A stretch of DNA of 63,979 bases, filler included, from Dimorphilus gyrociliatus (taxonomy: Eukaryota; Animalia; Annelida), in the NCBI GenBank assembly GCA_904063045.1. It is 4 parts of 4 records of this genome, joined end to end, with 100 filler letters (N's around TTAATTAATTAA, not from the genome) between each part and the next. Parts side by side here need not be neighbours in the genome. Positions count along the whole stretch, not along the records: positions 19,009 to 50,972 come from CAJFCJ010000130.1; positions 51,073 to 57,897 come from CAJFCJ010000077.1; positions 57,998 to 63,979 come from CAJFCJ010000320.1; 1 more part is not named here. The stretch is one strand, 5' to 3'. Each line of letters begins with the position of its first letter. Position 1 is the stretch's first letter. The translations under genes and the position numbers were made by a program. This document shows positions 49,456 through 61,249 of the stretch, piece by piece. Under the pieces are notes generated by a model. It saw only the letters and a program-made list of their open reading frames with translations, ran no database searches and had not been told where the DNA came from.

Positions 49456-50972
49456 CAGTCCCGATAAAAAGTCTCGGCCAGGGTTGTTCTCAGAGTGGAA
49501 AAAGTGAATTATTTAACTAACAGGACTTGCTTAATTATCTTTTTTTGTTTAGAATGAAGGATAAGACATTTATACAACCGAATTTATAAATAGAATTCAT
49601 TAAAAAATTTTTCCTGCTTTACAGTATTTTTTATTTAAAAATTTTCAAAAACAAGGAGGAGAAAAAATTTCGGCCATGCTTCCAAAAAACTTATCAAATG
49701 TCAATTTTAAACTAATAGTTTATTGCATAACCTTTTTTTGGATAACTAGTCGACACCTTTTTTTGATTGATCTGTATAGATTTTTTATGTAGTCCCCAGA
49801 AATGGAAAAAAATTCATCTTTTATAAGTATCTTCAAATCATTCAAATTTTTGGGTAATTTTTCATAGACCCTCTTTTTAAGCACTGCCCAAAGGTTTTCT
49901 ATTATATTGATATCAGGACTTTGGGCAGGCCAATCTTTTATAAATTTTATTTTATTTTTTCTGAGGAATGTTTTAGAAATTTTCGAGGTATGGCATCTTG
50001 CCCCATCCTGCTGAAATGTGTTTTGTCTAGTGTATATAGGCAATAGATGATCTTTTAGAATCTCTATGTATTGCTGTGAATCCATGGATTCGTCACAAAA
50101 TGCAAGAGCTCTGGAACCATCACATTTTATAGCTCCCCAAATCATTACCTTGCAGTTCTTTGCTTTAAAGCTCTTTCTGCAATATTGTGGTAGATGTTTA
50201 TCTCCTGTTTTGCATCTGACTCTTGTCTTTTGCTTTGGGTACAGCTCCAAAGTTGATTCATCCGAAAATATGTAGCTTTCTATCTCCTCCTCAGTTTTTT
50301 TTAAGAATTTTTTTGGCAAAGAGAATTCTCTTCTTTCGGTTACCTGAGTTAGTCAATGGTTTCACCTTTGCCACATAGCTCTTTAGCCCATAATTATAAA
50401 GGATCTTCTTAGCAGAAGATAAACTTACCTTACCTGCCATACTCCACTCATTGTATGCCTGTCTGGCAGAAAAAAATGGGTTTTTTTTTGAATTATAATA
50501 AGATTCCTCTTATCTGATTTGCATATCTTTCTTGGACGACCAGATCTTGGTTTGTCTTCCATTGAAGAACATTCTTTTGCCTTTTTTAGGTTGTATCTCA
50601 CACTTGTACGAGGAATATTTAGCTCTTTCGATATTTTGACCTGGCTTAGCCCTCTTTTATTTAATTGTACAATTTTCTGTCTCATTTCAAGACTTATCTT
50701 GCCCATTTTTTAATTTTTTATTGTTCTGTTGTTCTCTGATTGTGTAACACTACTCAGGAAATGTCATAGAAAAATATTAATGGGGTTTTTGTCTGATAAT
50801 TATCTATTTTTTGGGCAGGAACAGGGAACATGGCCGAAATTTTTTCTCCTCCTTGTTTTTGAAAATTTTTAAATAAAAAATACTGTAAAGCAGGAAAAAT
50901 TTTTAATGAATTCTATTTATAAATTCGGTTGTATATATGTCTTATCCTTCATTCTAAACAAAAAAAGATAAT
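49456..50972 (-). mobile_element. Tc1-like transposon with DD35E triad and long IR/DR-type TIRs; right TIR cut by the contig end
   Basis: TA at 49454-55, terminus CAGTCCCGATAAAAAGTCTCGGCC; about 225-bp left TIR nearly identical to 50826-50972. Transposase 50706 to about 49710 with IFSDES, FQQDGARCH..WPAQSPDINIIE (35 residues between D and E). Confidence 0.95.
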
Positions 50973-51072
50973 NNNNNNNNNNNNNNNNNNNNNNNNNNNN
51001 NNNNNNNNNNNNNNNNTTAATTAATTAANNNNNNNNNNNNNNNNNNNNNNNNNNNNNNNNNNNNNNNNNNNN
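50973..51072. other. Artificial contig spacer
   Basis: N44 + TTAATTAATTAA + N44. Confidence 0.98.
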
Positions 51073-51080
51073 ATTGCTCA

Positions 51081-52456
51081 ATGATCCTTATTGTAATGAA
51101 TCTATGTTTTATTCAATTCCTTTTGAAATCGTCATCAACAAAATCAACTAGTTTTAAAGTTTACAACGGTTCTTCAATTGTCAATTTAAAGAATATTTCA
51201 AGTATGGAAAATATATCATTAAATAATTATATCTGCGTTGAAATTGAAATTTCAAGGTAAGTGGAGAGAGAGAGAGAGAATATCTCTACTATTCAATCTT
51301 TACATTCATTCATTCAAAATATTATCCTTTCTTACAGCAAAATCATGGAAATTGTACTAATTATTGTAAATTTTACTTTAATGACGTCATTTACAATATA
51401 TGAAATCTTTAATCATAAAAAGAATATAGGACTAGGGAAGAAAGAATTTGAAGGAATCAATGAGTCATCAATTTGCTACGCAGTCAATTCATTCTGTTAT
51501 TTTGTTCTCGCTTTAGCGTTGATATTTAACGGAAATGGATTATATCAAACAATAGATTTACATAATATATGCAAATCCAATAATCTTACAACAATGTCAA
51601 GTTCGGCTATACTAGCCTATTTCTACTTTCGAATTCATGTCTTTCTGACCAGTAAATCCAAGAGTTTAGGCCTATCCGTTTCTTTTATGAATATCTTATA
51701 TATCCTAATGTTTACAACAACAACAATCTACCTGCTAGACCCGATGTTGGATTATGTTAAATATGTAAATAATTCGACTAATGAGGAAATAAACTCATTC
51801 CAAGCGTCAAACTTATTGGCTTCCGGTAGGAAACAGGAAGTTTGTATTGATAGATTTCGGTTTGTATTTTTTAAATTTTTGAATTTTTAAAAATGTTTAA
51901 ACAAAAAACACAGATACTACGATAATATTTTCAATATCTGGACTACCGGTTTTCACTTGTTCAAGAATATAATTGGAGCTGTTGCTTTGATTTATATGTC
52001 CCTTGCGCAATCATATCATCACGTGACATTTGCAATTGAAAACATTCAAATTATGGCATTAATACCATTTAAATTTTTACTGGATATCTTATTCTATAAT
52101 GGTAAGATTGACTTTTGCGAAAATACGGCAAAGATGATAAGAGAATGCGATTATTCTTATCTAATATCGATGACAGTGCCGTGTTTCATTGCTGCCTTGA
52201 TCATCATTATAAAAGGTTAGTTTTCAGGCAACAAATGAACGCAAAAAATGTATTTTTACCATAAATTTTAGGATGGAAAATGAAGAATCAAATCTTCAAG
52301 AAAACTATAAAAGAACCGGAAGTCTATTCGCTGGTTGAAATGTTACATCAGAATACTCCAGATAAGAATGATCTACTACTAAAGAAATCTTCCAACTGTT
52401 ATCTACCTAAAGAGAGATTCACTACTCAATCGTACAAGTCGGATTGTTTGAAGTAA
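51081..52456 (+). CDS. Four-exon signal-peptide plus multipass membrane protein of unknown family
   Basis: ATG 51081 (MILIVMNLCFIQFLL); GT-AG introns 51257-51337, 51860-51913 and 52216-52271 join the ORF-track pieces in frame to TAA 52454-56. Confidence 0.7.
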
Positions 52457-53287
52457 CATTTGAAATATTTTTATATCACGTGACCCTTCATTCACTTGAA
52501 AATATTATCCTTTCAAAGATGAATAATAAATTTTCTGCTTTTGTATTAATTCAAAAATATTTAATATAGAATATGAATTATTGAAATTTGAATTCAAATA
52601 TTTCAATAATTGTTGAAAATTCTCAGGAAAGACAATTGCACTTTCAAATATCAACTAGGAACTGCCAGTAATTTTCAAGAAAAAGTAATTCACGATGACA
52701 GCGACACCTAGCGCTTTTAGATGGTAGTATACTAAAAATATTATATAATATATTGTAGATATACTATTTATATTGTCCCCCTTTTTGTCATGTTCTCTAT
52801 TTTCAATCAATCCATTTATTCAAAGAAATAGGGAATGTTGAAAAGTTATCCATACACCTTTATCAATGAATGCCTAATTTTGCCACCCACTCCGCCCATC
52901 TTATAATATAGAATAAGCCTTTAAGGAATACAGAAAACCTATCAAATTGAGATATTTGAAAGCAACAGAAGTAAAACATAAGGTATACTATGAATCTTAA
53001 AAGAAGAGCTTGAAAGCCATCTCCACGGTTAAGTTACAATATCCACCAGGTGTCACCACAGAATTTAAAAATATTCTGTTTTATGTCAATTACGGATAAC
53101 ATTGCTAGCGGAATTGTTTATCTTGTGAGAAAAATGACTCCCAAAAAATCCTCTAGTTTCTACTAGACGTTTTGAATATTTGTCAAACCAAGACCTTGAT
53201 TGAAAATAGAAATCTTGGAATGCTATTGAAATCGCCTCACAGTACTAAAATTTCATACATTGATAGAATTGTTGATAAATGAATTAG

Positions 53288-53291
<4 letters not shown>

Positions 53292-53327
<36 letters not shown>
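53292..53327 (+). repeat. (AG)18 microsatellite
   Basis: Perfect dinucleotide run. Confidence 0.95.
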
Positions 53328-53331
<4 letters not shown>

Positions 53332-53929
53332 GTAAGATTGAAAATAAAAAAAAATATATTGTTCTAGTTATAAAAAGGTCTTTTCTAATCATGGAATATT
53401 TTCATTTTGTTTTTCTCCATTAAATTGTATTGTTTTACAAAAGCAAATTGTTCTTTTTGAGTTTTCTTCCATGGTTAGTCTTAGTCTTGAATGTAAGAAT
53501 AAAAATTTAAATATTCAAATATATTCAAAAAAAGAATCAGATGAGTTTTTTCTATTGTAGTGTATTGGTTTTGGGAAGGGTGGACGGTAAAAGGGGAAGA
53601 ACATAAGCAATAAACTATTTTCTTTATAACTATTCTACTTAACCTATAGAGTCCCAGGCAGTTAAATTTTAAATTGGAAATGTTTGAATAATTCTCTATT
53701 CAATTTGAAATATTTAGTGCTTGAGCTTTTATTCTCTTTGCAATTTTAAAATGGTTGACACCCATTTCTGTTAGTGATATAAGTGCATTGAAATTACAAT
53801 CTGGTTAAATCAAAATGTTGTCTATACTGGGCTACTTTCTCTCTTTTTCCATCTTCCTATCATCCAGTAAGTTTTAAGTATTTGAAATTCTTAATCTACT
53901 ATTTCTTTCTCATACTTGTTCTTTTTAGC

Positions 53930-55440
53930 TATTCAAGCTACTTCAAATGATTTAGAAGTTCAGGCTATAGTTAAAATTGCAACTGAAGAGGGAACTGGAT
54001 TTCATCTTGCAATTGTTAAAATTCAAGGCACTCCAACCTGCAAGTTTGTCTTTTTACTTTTGAATTGCAAAAAGAATTAGAATTAGTTGTTAATATTTTT
54101 TACCTTTAGTTTTACAGTTACAAAACCAGATATGACTGAAATACATCAAGGTGTTATAGAAGTTACTCAACAATGGAATAGCTACGATCTGCCAGATAGT
54201 ATATTTACAAATATCACTGAAGATTTTGTAGCAACTCATAACATTGAATGTAAAGATGGAATTAGCTCTCTCTCCTTTAAACTTAAAACTTATGTCTATG
54301 CTAAAGAAAGTATGATGTCACTTTTTTATTAATCTAACAAAAAAACAAAATGGCGACTATTCAATACTTATTATTATTTTTAAAGGTTTATCATTTAATT
54401 CTGATTTCCCTATAAACTTAAAAGTTGAAAATAAAATTTCAAACATGGAACAATCGCAGAAAGATATAAATATTATAAGTGAAAATAAAGAAGTTGTCTG
54501 CAAGTAGGCCTAATATATATTTAAAATTTTGATAAATTATCTCGTTGTATTTCTATTACTTTTCAGCTTTTCTTTGACTCATCCAAGTAAAGCTACCATT
54601 GATAAAAATAGAAAAGTTTTCACACCATTTGACGACTTGCCTATTGTAGTTACTAGAATTGGTTCGAGTAAGTCAGCAGTAATAAGAGCTTCTTGTCTCG
54701 AAATTGAGCATTCCTTGCCACTAATCATTGATATTCCTGTCTATTTTACTCCTAATGCTGATCCCTGGGCTTCGGCAATAGGCGATCCTCACTTTAAACA
54801 ATATATCCTTGATATATCAAGCTCAAAGATTATCCCTATATGTTATGACGTCACGGGCTCCCCAAACGATTATCTACATATAGCTGGCTTTTCTGAAGGT
54901 GAAATTAAAATCTATGGACAGTTGAAGGATGATTATTACTTTCATGAACTAATCATCAAATCTTGTGTTGATAGTATAACGATAACAACTCATGACATTT
55001 TTTTCCAAAATGGCAGCACATTGGAATGGAAAGACAAATTAACAAATTCCGTTTTCAAGTCTAAAATTTTTGAATTTCAAATTGTTGAGAATGAAATATT
55101 GATATCATTTTTAAAATATTCTTTGGTAGCGATTCATGTTGAAAAATCTGTTCATTCTCTATCTGAAAAGCATTTAAATATAAATTTGAAAGTATCACCG
55201 AATGATTATGAGAGAATGAATGGACTGATTGGAGATATTGGGAAAAAGGAGTATACTTTTTATCCAGAAGTTCAACCAGATCAAGGCAGCAGTTCAAAAC
55301 TTGGATCAATTCTCATTGGCAAAAATTTAGTAACCGGAACTAAGAGTGATAGAGATGAAGTTGGTTGTTGGTTAATGAATGTTAATGATATTCTAAAACC
55401 ATTCAAGATATTCAATTATCTACAAAAATCTATAAATTAA
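53930..55440 (+). CDS. Multi-exon gene ending in an inter-alpha-trypsin-inhibitor heavy-chain C-terminal (ITI_HC_C)-like domain
   Basis: GDPHF..ICYDVTG..YGQL..GLIGDIG matches the ITIH C-terminal pattern; upstream exons at about 53930-54040 and 54110-54310 with GT-AG introns. 5' end is not defined. Confidence 0.7.
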
Positions 55441-56702
55441 CTTTTATAGTCTAAATTTTCCAAAATATCTTACAATTCAAATCAAATTATTATAATTCAT
55501 TCAATTTTTTTCTTTAAATGATGAATATATATCTTACATTAGATATTTCTACACTAATGCCACCTACAATGCTTTTCCACTGTGAAATAAAAAGTTAAGA
55601 TTTATTGAATTTTGTATTATTCTATGTTCAAAGAAATTTATATAGAAATTATCTTATGCTCTTTTATGATAAGAGTATCTTTGTGATTAGTTTGTAGAAC
55701 ATTACTTTTACTCAATTTCTAATAACTGGTATTAACATTTTTGGCCTAGGGGGAAAAGAAAAAAAATTAACTTTCGTAATAACATTCAGAGGTCAACTGT
55801 CCGGATCCCATTGATTTTTTTTATGATATCATATTTTTGTTCTCTCTTCTTGCACCTTAGAAAATCCTAATTCCTGAAAAAAAGCACATCAATTATTTCT
55901 ACAGCTTAATTACCTTATTCAATTATTACTTGGATCTTCTGTAATTTACCTGTGTCCAGTGTAAAGCACATCTTTCAATGATTGACTCAGAATAGGTGGA
56001 TGATAGTACTTTTGAAAGACCCTTTTCAAAGTGATATTTTTTAGTTTGCATATTGAATTCTTTTGAGAGTTACACTAAATTTTTATAATAGAAAAGTATT
56101 ATTTTTTTTTTGTAGATCGAGACTAATAATGAAACATAAAAAATGCAAAATTGTGATATATGGGAGACAAGAAGGGAAACGTTGTGTTCTAAGGAATGAA
56201 ACTGTTTTCTCTGTGACATCATTAACCTATTAACTAAAAGATATTTAGTTTTTTGACAAATGATAAACATATAAATTATATTTTACAGGTCTTCCTCAGG
56301 TTAGTAATATACTTGATATTAGTGTGCAATTGGTATCTGGAAAAAAAGCTATCCAGGTGTCCCTCACCTTGATCAGAGTACACAAAGTGTACTGTAGTAA
56401 AGGAAGAAAGTGCATGTAAAATACCATTTGAAGGTAACAGAAACTCTTTGAGTGAGTAAGCATAAAACATATATGTATCAAAACTTTGCATTTTACTCTC
56501 TCTGTGTTCATTCTAACAAGTTTTATCCTTAATATTTTTAATGTAACTTTTATGTGGTTTATAGATCTAAACTTTGCACTTTAGTTGTTTTAGTCTTTAA
56601 ATGAAATTTATCTTCTAAAACTTTTTCTCTTTGACATACTTTTCATGTAAAAATATTTTCAAATTTCAATGTGTCTTTCTATGATATTTTTTTCAAATTT
56701 TA

Positions 56703-56783
56703 GGATATTCTTTCCATGGGACATTCTTTCCAATTTGGGATGTTCATTCCAAGAGATGTTCTTTCCATGGGATGTTCTTTCCA
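56703..56783 (+). repeat. Imperfect minisatellite, about 16 bp x 5 (GGATGTTCTTTCCAT)
   Basis: Five degenerate units visible. Confidence 0.75.
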
Positions 56784-57099
56784 GGTCCCAATCAGATTCT
56801 ATTTATACTACATCTGTATTAAGGATAATGCTCTACAAATTTACAAACCTTTTACCAAGTTTTTATCTTCTCATCAATTATTTTTAAATCCATTAAACCC
56901 AAATTCAGTTTGTAAATCTTGGATTCATTCTTATCTAGAGTTGATGATAATTTCAATTTAATAAGGGGTCAATTTAATTTCATTTATGATTTGAAGTAGA
57001 GAGAAACTTTATTGAGTTCATATTTTGATTTAGATTTCATTTTTGAGATTTTATTTTACTAATTCTGGAGTGGAAAGAAAAAATTATGAAAAAAATATT

Positions 57100-57173
57100 T
57101 GCTCCAACTGGAAGGTCGAACCCAAGACTTTTGTCTTATTAGCAAAATGCTCTAACCAAGTGAGCTATGGAAA
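57100..57173 (-). tRNA. tRNA-Ile(AAT)-derived pseudogene
   Basis: Minus strand TAGCTCACTTGGTTAGAGC (A box / D arm), CT-AAT-AA anticodon loop, GGTTCGACC (B box), T-run just downstream; acceptor and T stems mispair. Confidence 0.6.
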
Positions 57174-57638
57174 TTAATACACTTGGCTGTTGAATAGATA
57201 ACCAAGTAACTCAGATTATCCTTCTGTGTTATTTTAAGAACAATGAGTTGGTGAAGGGTATTTTTTTTTTCAACAAAGTATCGTAGGATTTTTTTAAATA
57301 TAAAATTACTAAAGAAAGGTATATATTTCATTTAAAGACAAGATTAACCTATATTCAAACTCTTTTGGTAGCTCAGGTCTAAAGGAGAGTATTATGAGCA
57401 AATATCAGAACCTTGGTAGTTGTTAGCCATGTGTAAACTGCAGGAAAATGATTGATTCCACTGTTTCTTTTAATCCTATAACTAAGTCAACAATTCTGCT
57501 CTTCTTGTTTCCAAAGGAGTAGTTTTAAAAGTTTTTTATCTTCTGAAATAGTGAAACCTCTATTAACAAGAGTTTTATCTGGTGGTACACAAGCTGGAAA
57601 ATATCTTCTCCCATTCCGAGCTACAAATAAATAGGTTC

Positions 57639-57708
57639 GGCCCACTTTTGGACATTTTGGCCCAGTTTGGACATTTCGGGCCATTTTAGGACATATTCAG
57701 CCCATTCT
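57639..57708 (+). repeat. Imperfect minisatellite, about 19-20 bp x 3.5 (GGCCCANTTTGGACATTT)
   Basis: Three full units and one partial unit. Confidence 0.7.
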
Positions 57709-57897
57709 AAGGCAATCACACCAAAGGCATTGTGTCTCACTTGAAGATAGGTTTAGTGTACTTTAATTGATAAATATGACAATTATAACTTTTAATTTTG
57801 TGAACAGTTATGTTTACTTCTTTAGTATAAAAAAAACAATTTGTAAATAATAAGAAGTGGTAAGTTTGAGGAATGTACATACTTTTTAATAACTGAA

Positions 57898-57997
57898 NNN
57901 NNNNNNNNNNNNNNNNNNNNNNNNNNNNNNNNNNNNNNNNNTTAATTAATTAANNNNNNNNNNNNNNNNNNNNNNNNNNNNNNNNNNNNNNNNNNNN
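57898..57997. other. Artificial contig spacer
   Basis: N44 + TTAATTAATTAA + N44. Confidence 0.98.
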
Positions 57998-58172
57998 AGG
58001 AAAACCGATTAAAACATAAATAATTATTTCTAATGACAATATCGATTAGAAAAGTATGTTTTAGGTTGTTCGCTTAACTATTAAAGCATTTTCAAGAGTA
58101 TCTCTGGTTTGAAGAGATATGGAGTGGACTATTGATTCAGTTGAATAATAAAGATCTGTTTACATTTCTCAT

Positions 58173-59202
58173 TTATATTATCGTTTCTATTTCGCAGACT
58201 TTCATCACGCCTCTTTCATCGTATATATTACTGTAGAATGCTTGACAAAAATCATCTCCACAACTACAATTATATTGGCATTCAACTAAAGAGGTAAGAA
58301 TGGGATTACACCCAATAAAATTTCCATTGAATGAGGAATTTATTTGATGATCTAAAGGTAGATAAACAACTATCCCATTCATCTCTTTTGAATGAAACCC
58401 AGAATAGCAAATTAAATTTTCTCCTTTAATAACAACTTTAAATTCACTTGGACTATCGTTCACTGTCGGCCAAGGAAATCTAACAGTTATTGGTATCTTT
58501 TCAACTGTTTCACAAGTCATTTCATCATTATCAAAAAATTTATGATCTTTAGAAACTGTTTTCGATCCATCTTTTTCGTCAAAGATAAAATTCCCATAAA
58601 AGCAAATATTTTTATCATAATCTTTAGTAATTTCATTCAAGTTCATTGTCTAAAAAGGCAAAATTCTTAAAATTATCTTTTTCTTAAATAGGAAAAGTAA
58701 CCTTCAAGTATAGGCCTGTTGGAGTGAAAGCAATTGCTTTATTTTGAGTTTTTGCATCAGTAATTACTGTCTCTTTCTGAGTGTAGCCGGATGCTGTGCC
58801 AGCTGATCCTTCATATCCACCAATAAAGCACGTTAATCTTTTATCAGCAATACGGTGAAACGATGTATGTGGAACATTGTAATTTTTACATTCTCTTTTC
58901 AAATAGCAAGTGGTTGGCATTGCCATAAGAATTGCAGCACATTCACTCTCCGCTAGACAAAGCCTGGAACATTCCTTCAATGTAGAGCCAAGCTGATATC
59001 GAATGTCTGAACCACTGCAATCTTGTCCATCGATATATTTTTTAAAACCAATCATTTCACTGGTTCTAAAGTAGCAGCCATAGCCCACCTCATGACACAG
59101 TTCTCCAACATCACATATAGCCTTTCCATCGTCGGTATCTTGAAGAAAAATGTGTTTAAAACAGACATTATTAATTTCTACAGTAAAGAAAATATCGAAC
59201 AA
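58173..59202 (-). CDS. PAN/apple-domain protein with Cys-rich C-terminal domain (paralog of 38440-39313); 5' exons not defined
   Basis: CHEVGYGCY..GF, DCSGSDI..ECSRLCLAESECAA..CYLKREC (PAN); the 52-nt intron 58650-58701 joins the two ORFs in frame; C-terminal VIKGENLIC..CQYNCSCG..FC..VCEI. Confidence 0.75.
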
Positions 59203-60031
59203 TTGTGTAATTAATTGGCTGTTTACCTCCTATTTTTACCCGGGAATCAACTGGAATATCACAAGAACCTATGGAAAGGGCACATTTGAAAAAATAGTTT
59301 AATCCACCAAAAAAAAGGGCACAAATTGATAGTCTTGAACAATCCATTGAAACTGTTCAGAGAGTGTACCTTGTGTCCTCTATGAAACTTTTATTGACAT
59401 TGAAAATTCAAATGAATCACTTGATTAATGCATATCATTAATATTTATATATGAATTTAGCCAATGATTACTGATTAAAATAGAAAACAAGCGTTACAAT
59501 GAGCAATAACTTCCCTCGCAGATAGACGCTAAGCATTAAAACTTTTAATCAGAAACGCTACCTTTTCTACCAAAGGTGGCTATCATACAGCTTTAGCAGT
59601 TTTCACACCGGAAAGAAATCATTTAGTAATGACTGTATTGGCTTTTTCCCTTTATAACAAAAAGATAGTCATAAAAATTCAATAAGTAATAAATATTTTT
59701 CATTTCATTTCTTTTGCCTCCTGCAACTGTAATAGTTAATATTTTACAATAAAACTGCTAATAGTTAAATTATATGAGTTAGCAATTCATTCTTCAAGCA
59801 GATAATGGCTCGCTTTTATCAATACACTCTAAATTCACAAATGCGCAATGCGTATATAAGGATAAGCTGCAATAGCTATCCGTCTTTATTTGTTTTTTGT
59901 CCTTGTTCACGCACAATGATTTCTTAGAGTGTCTGTAGGCGTTCTTATACAAGTCCGTCGGACACTGCTCGATGCTCCTTTGAGCAATCGCCCGTCGCAC
60001 TTCGCCCCTTATCGAGATATAAACAATTATA

Positions 60032-61249
60032 ATGGTGTCTCTTTCATTAATAGAAATTGTCAAAAAGCTAGATATTAATAATAGAATAGTAAAAATTATT
60101 GCAAAACCTTTAAAATATTTATTAAATTATAAATTTCATGCTATTCTTCCCAGGATAAATTCGCATATAAACCAAGTTGATTGTATTCAATTTAAGATGA
60201 TTAGCGAGAAAAGGACAGTTAAAGATATAACTATAGATAATATGTATTGTAAAAAATTATTTTTTCATTACGTCATCTGGCAAAAAATGCCATTTTTTAT
60301 ACTAAGAAAAAGTCTGAATTTCTACTATTTCAACAATACTAAAAACTTTAAATGTAAAGAGAATTCATTCCATTCTAAAGAGGATAATATAGGCATAAGT
60401 TATATTTATATTTGTGACGGAATTAACGATTGTCCATTAAAGGAAGATGAAGAAAATTGCTATAAACTAAACTACGAGTATAATAAATTTATTTGTCATG
60501 ATTTCAAAACAAATATTATCTTCCTTTTTCATCATTATTGTACAACTTTGGTTACATTTTGTGCTTGAACTATATTACTAATATGTAACTTATACATGCA
60601 CCTCTTAAAACCTACACAAGAAAATGCTACAACATTGGCCAATCACAGGTCTGATTAGTTAGTTTGAAGGCTCATCTTTAATTATCAGTTAAAGTTTGTA
60701 CAAGTTATAATTCAATTAACTTTCCTAAATGTTGAACCTTGTAACATCCTGTTACTAAAGACAAATATGAACTACACAGTTCGGCAACTGTAAAGTGATG
60801 ATTGGATATCAGAGGCAAACCTCAAAGTATATAAATCTTCACTATTTTCATTCTAAGCGTTTCTATCTGGACCCAGGGACCTGGAAAATATCCTGGAAAC
60901 AACCTCCAAACCTCCACTGGAGGTCATAACTCCGTACTTTATGGAATGTTCTGTTGAATGTAAAAAATAATTGAATGTAATCAGTTTTAATGATAGTTAT
61001 GCTATAAAAAAGATACATTTTAATGGTCTATTCAACTTTGAGCAAAAAGAGAAAATGTATAACATATTGGATTTGAAAATTCAAAACTACGAAGGAACTT
61101 ATAAGGAGAATTTAAATTATTTTCCAAATCTTGTCTATTTATCATTAATTAAAACCAATTTCTGCAAAAGTAAATTTTATCAAGAAAATTTATTTAGAAA
61201 ACTACAATTTTTAAATATTTCACAGCATAAATTTTACAGAAAATTTTAA
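60032..61249 (+). pseudogene. LDLa + LRR receptor ectodomain fragments (GRL101-like)
   Basis: ICDGINDCPLKEDEENC (LDLa) and FPNLVYLSLIKTNF..LQFLNIS (LRR), broken by stops and non-coding inserts. Confidence 0.5.

Noticed and set aside
19009-50972. Contig B as bacterial because of the HD hydrolase
   Set aside because: Surrounding genes have spliceosomal introns and metazoan domains; there is no operon structure or Shine-Dalgarno pattern.
40636-52485. Recurrent TCACGTGA E-box palindromes (about 40636, 45402, 52476)
   Set aside because: Common short motif; no evidence of function from sequence alone.
56703-57708. Short tandem repeats as a CRISPR-like array
   Set aside because: No unique spacers between units, eukaryotic context and no cas genes; ordinary minisatellites.
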